A DNA stretch of 64,000 nt, taken from Sphagnum compactum (taxonomy: Eukaryota). Both the position numbers and the translations under genes were made by a program. This document shows, piece after piece, positions 53,397 through 64,000 of this stretch. The DNA lies in the NCBI GenBank assembly GCA_965153455.1, contig OZ234494.1:11346001-11410000 (forward strand), given 5' to 3'. Below the pieces are notes generated by a model. That model made no database searches and had not been told where the DNA came from. It worked only from the letters and a program-made list of their open reading frames with translations. Numbering within the stretch: position 1 is the stretch's first letter; every line of letters starts with the position of its first letter.

Positions 53397-54406
53397 ACTA
53401 AGGGCGCATGTAATGTTAGGGGTAGTAGCAGAATCAGTGGGCACCCCTTTATCCCCGACCGATTCTGCCAATAGAATCTCCTGGTGGGGATGACGTATTC
53501 AGCCATAACTTAATAAGGTGTTTTGAATTCTGCAATTTAATCACATTAACATGGAACCACCATTTGACCACTAAAGCCTAGAAATCTCCAATCTCCAATC
53601 TCTCCAAATTCTAACTGAACCTTGGCTTACACCTTACTAGGGTTAGGGTTTATTACTCCAAGCTACTGCAAGCTTCTCAAGTGTGAGGAGAAACTAGGAC
53701 CTGACACCCCAGTGTTGTGTTGAGTTGAGTTGAGTTGAGTTGAGGGGGAAGGGTTTGCTAGGGGGTGTTGAGAGTTGGGTTGGGAAGGTAGATGTGAGGC
53801 AGGTAAGTAGGTATGTATGTAGGTAGGGTATGATTTCTTCAAGTGAATTTGATTTGAGAAATCTCAAGCATGGGGCAGATCACACTCTGAGTCTTCAGGC
53901 TATTGAACTTCAAACAGCATAGTGAGAGCTGCTTCCTTGACTACAATAAATCATTGGGGTTAAGGATATATTAGGGTTAAGGGCTGGCTGGCTGGCTGGG
54001 TGCAAAATAGTAGCACAAAGATCAGCTACTTCAATACCCTATTTTGTAAAGCACCAGCACAAAAACCTCTTGTATATGCGAAGGGCACATACTTACCAAG
54101 TGGAACTTTTCCTTGACTAGGCCTTTTTTTTAAAATGAAATGCGCACTCCGGGATGAGCATCATTTTGTTCCACTTTTCCTTGACTAGGCCTTTTTTTAA
54201 ATGAAATGCGCACTCCGGGATAATAATAACAATAATAATAATTGTGGATGAAAAAAATGAAATAATAATAATAATAATGAAAAAAATGAAATAATAATAA
54301 TAACAATAATAATTGTGGATGGTTTCAGTTGGTTAACAGCCTTGAAAAGCAAGGCGTTCCTGAAATAAGAATGGTTTAGGGTTTATTTCAGGAACGCCTT
54401 GCTCTG

Positions 54407-54432
54407 AAACCCTAAACCCTAAACCCTAAACC
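54407..54432. repeat. Short interstitial plant telomeric repeat (AAACCCT)x3.7
   Basis: AAACCCTAAACCCTAAACCCTAAACC seen directly. Confidence 0.9.
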
Positions 54433-55044
54433 TTGGTTGGGTGGTTATTTCAGGAGTTAGCTATGTGACAGGAATTAACATTCTGTTATCAATTTGTGCA
54501 GTCCCTTACTCTAGTAATAGCATCATCATAGGGTAAGGGCCCTACAAAAGGGCCCCTTAACCCTACAACTGAAATCAAGGGCCCCGCATGGGCTGGTTGT
54601 GTAGTCTTTTACAAGTGTAGTAGGGTCAAGGCCTCGAGAGTACCTTTTTCAGCAAAAAAAATTACGTCCGTATTTGAGAGCCTTACTCAGCAGATTAGAA
54701 TTGGACAAAAATTTTCTGAAAAGAGGAAGCACCTTACGAAACCAAAGATGCATAAGTTGGGGATGCTTACTCCCGACAAAGCCCATGGCCCTTAAAGCCC
54801 ATGGCCCTTGGCTTTTTACCCTACGTGTAACTAAGGTGCCATCCTCTATAACTAAGAAATTTCAACCAAGTCATTATGTATGAATGAATGCATGAAGTTT
54901 AAAGATCTTCATTGCATAAGAGAATACTCATGGGGGGCCGCCCCCAAACACACCTTAATCTACATTGCAATCTACAAAAGTAGACGACCAAAGGGAAAAA
55001 GGCCTTGTTATGGCCTTTGTTGGCCTTTGCCTACTAAGGCAAGG

Positions 55045-55225
55045 CTATTTGTGTTTTAGATTCATTATAGAGTATACCTACTATAGCTTAAGGGATTTTG
55101 GCCCCTAGGTAGTAGGTCTATTTTTATATGATGATTTTTGAAAGATGATATTTGGGCTTGTGTTAAAACTTGAGATTAGTTAAAGAGTTATGGTATCTTG
55201 GAAGGATTTTGGTTTGTTTCAAAGG
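55045..55225 (+). repeat. Dispersed repeat, copy B
   Basis: Same-orientation homolog of 37790-38190. Confidence 0.7.
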
Positions 55226-55570
55226 ATTTTTTTTGAAGATTATGTATATTTTTGCATGGTGAAAAAATATTTGATATTTTTCATAATTCATTCTTCTTTT
55301 GCCGTAAGATACTTTTTGTTGTAAATGGCAACGCCACAATGTGACACACCCCTTGTTTGTATATAGGGGTGTATTGTGTAGACTAAAGTCCTTAGGTGGA
55401 CCCATTCTTAAAAACAAAGGGGGGCTAGGATGAGGTAGTAGTAGCCAAGTCTGGCCCAGGATTTTGGGAATGTACCTCACCCGTAGTGGAATGAAATGAA
55501 TGTTATCATGTACATAAAGCATTGCAAGGGATTTTTTTTTCCCCTTTGTATTTGAAAGCACCTCGTTGCG

Positions 55571-55690
55571 TCAAACAACCCTTTCTTCGAATGAAGGCAC
55601 CTTCCACATTCAAAAAAGGACTTTTGCACTTCAAACAACCCTTTGTTCGAATGAAGGCACCTTCCACATTCAAAAAAGGACTTTTGCACT
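55571..55690. repeat. 60-bp tandem duplication
   Basis: TCAAACAACCCTTT(C/G)TTCGAATGAAGGCACCTTCCACATTCAAAAAAGGACTTTTGCACT occurs twice with one mismatch. Confidence 0.95.
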
Positions 55691-55831
55691 TACAATTCAA
55701 AGGTGCTTTCCGCTTATGGAAGGAAGATGTGCTTTAGTAAAGCATAATTTCCCTCACTCACTCTCTTGTACTGAGTGTAAGATGCCCCCCCCCCCCCTCT
55801 TTCCTAGGAGGGATATTTGGTGTGTTGGAAC

Positions 55832-56165
55832 CAGTGTTGAATGGGTATCAGATGGCCCCAAACCCACAATGGTTATCACGGTAATCCTCTTAATTCCATA
55901 CCCGCCATCCTTATAAAAAAATTTACAAGAGAACCAATTCTGATATAGAATTGCCATTCTCGAAAATAATGATATTGAAAGAACCACCCAGAAACCCATG
56001 GTTCTTACATGAAAACCACCAACCTGTTCTTTGTGTTTCTAACAGCGGTGGGGATCGACGGTTCTTTGATTTTGCAACGGCATTTAACCAGAACCAGGGG
56101 TTATTAACAAAATCCAATACCCGCAATGTAACTCCGGTGGTAAGGTGTGCTCTGTATATCAACTG
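55832..56165. mobile_element. Degenerate hAT-type MITE
   Basis: Starts CAGTGTTG like the 61894 element and has internal GAACC/GGTTC motifs. The right end TCAACTG is degenerate and there is no convincing TSD. Confidence 0.45.
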
Positions 56166-57132
56166 GTTTTCATTTGTATTGTGTTTGGTGATTACATGTT
56201 CAATTCTTGTAGCAGGTTGAATCCCAGAGGTCTGATGGTATCAAATAATATAATGGTGACACTAAATATACATTAGAGGAAAACTCATTTATTCAACATG
56301 TAAATTTTCAGTTTGCCTACCAGCTTCCATTCCAAAAATGAGTTTCATATCGTTGCTTTCAAAATCAATTTCATATGGTCAATTTCAAAATCAATTTTCA
56401 ATTTTTTCTTGAAGAAAGGCAAATGAAAACTCGTGAGAGGGTTGATAACAATAATTTTTTTGTCGCTATTACAAAGTGTATGATCATCACCAGGAGATTG
56501 TGTCATATAATGTGGTCAAGAAAATGAAAAAAATCTGCCACCCCAGACCTTTGTGGTATAGAAAATTTGGTATCGCCACTGGAGAACGCATGTTCTTGCA
56601 ACTGCAACAATCAATAAACAACACACCACATCCAAATATCACCCAAACAGCAAGACCCAACTCTGAAATTCAGTTCTGATGGACTAGGAAAAATTACACA
56701 TTCAATATGAGCATGTTAAATACACATTTCAGATTTGAGAAGATGCACCGCATGAACAAACCTGTGTAGGAGAGATCTGCAAATGAAAATTGTGACCTGT
56801 GTCTAACCCACTGACAGGGCAAGTCAAAACTGCCATCAGTGTTTACTGTACAATGTACATCGGTTTCAAAATCATCTAAGAATTGAGTCCTGGTCCAAAC
56901 TCTGAGCTTCATTGCAGGAAGGCTGAATTTCCTTCCAATAATTTCAAACTGGTACTGACATTTGACGTATGAGCAGAATGGGGGACGCCCATTTCCTTCG
57001 TCTCTCCTGCAACATTTTTTTTTCCCCAAAGGAGTCTTGTTTTGTGATGGACTGAAAACATGGGTTAGTATTTTTATTTTTTTCCCCTCAAGTTTCTGTT
57101 TGATTTTTATGCAAGATGGTACATGTCTTTCT

Positions 57133-63996
<6,864 letters not shown>

Positions 63997-64000
63997 AGAC

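Noticed and set aside
53426-53440. 11-nt match (GATTCTGCTAC) between the small hairpin arm and the 46.4-47.1 kb repeat unit
   Set aside because: Too short to distinguish from chance.
53630-54440. Telomerase RNA, suggested by CTAAACCCT-like tracts
   Set aside because: No recognisable USE+TATA Pol III promoter or conserved land-plant TR motifs; the tracts look like ordinary telo-boxes or interstitial repeats.
55803-55820. miR390/TAS3-like site (AGGAGGGATA)
   Set aside because: Only a 10-nt match, with no second site, tasiARF sequence or hairpin.

Overview
Eukaryotic nuclear DNA from a land plant, probably a bryophyte or moss (inferred from the gene and transposon types). It is AT-rich and intron-containing. 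Five protein-coding genes were found: the last exon of PsbX (609-822, +); Integrator subunit 3 (24248-29294, -); an OTP51-type PPR+LAGLIDADG organellar splicing factor with a long RGG/repeat N-terminal extension (38485-43110, +); a small At5g65660-like single-TM protein (45229-46143, -); and a 15-exon AHK5-like hybrid histidine kinase (57133 to at least 63996, -, probably 5'-partial). About 11.5-21.1 kb is a three-level transposon nest. A decayed hAT transposase is split by a non-autonomous CACTA element (12-bp TIRs, AGT TSD), which itself carries a young, internally deleted chromodomain Ty3/Gypsy element (CTTGG TSD, LTRs differing at 1 of 204 nt). Also present are two Helitron-like copies, hAT MITEs and several minisatellites. 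The most intriguing unexplained structure is a putative spliced minus-strand non-coding locus at about 53.0-53.7 kb. It contains a ~320-nt fold-back and a second hairpin whose G:U asymmetry favours folding on the minus strand (candidate novel MIRNA). All exon boundaries were inferred by hand from GT/AG sites and reading-frame continuity; no database searches were run.
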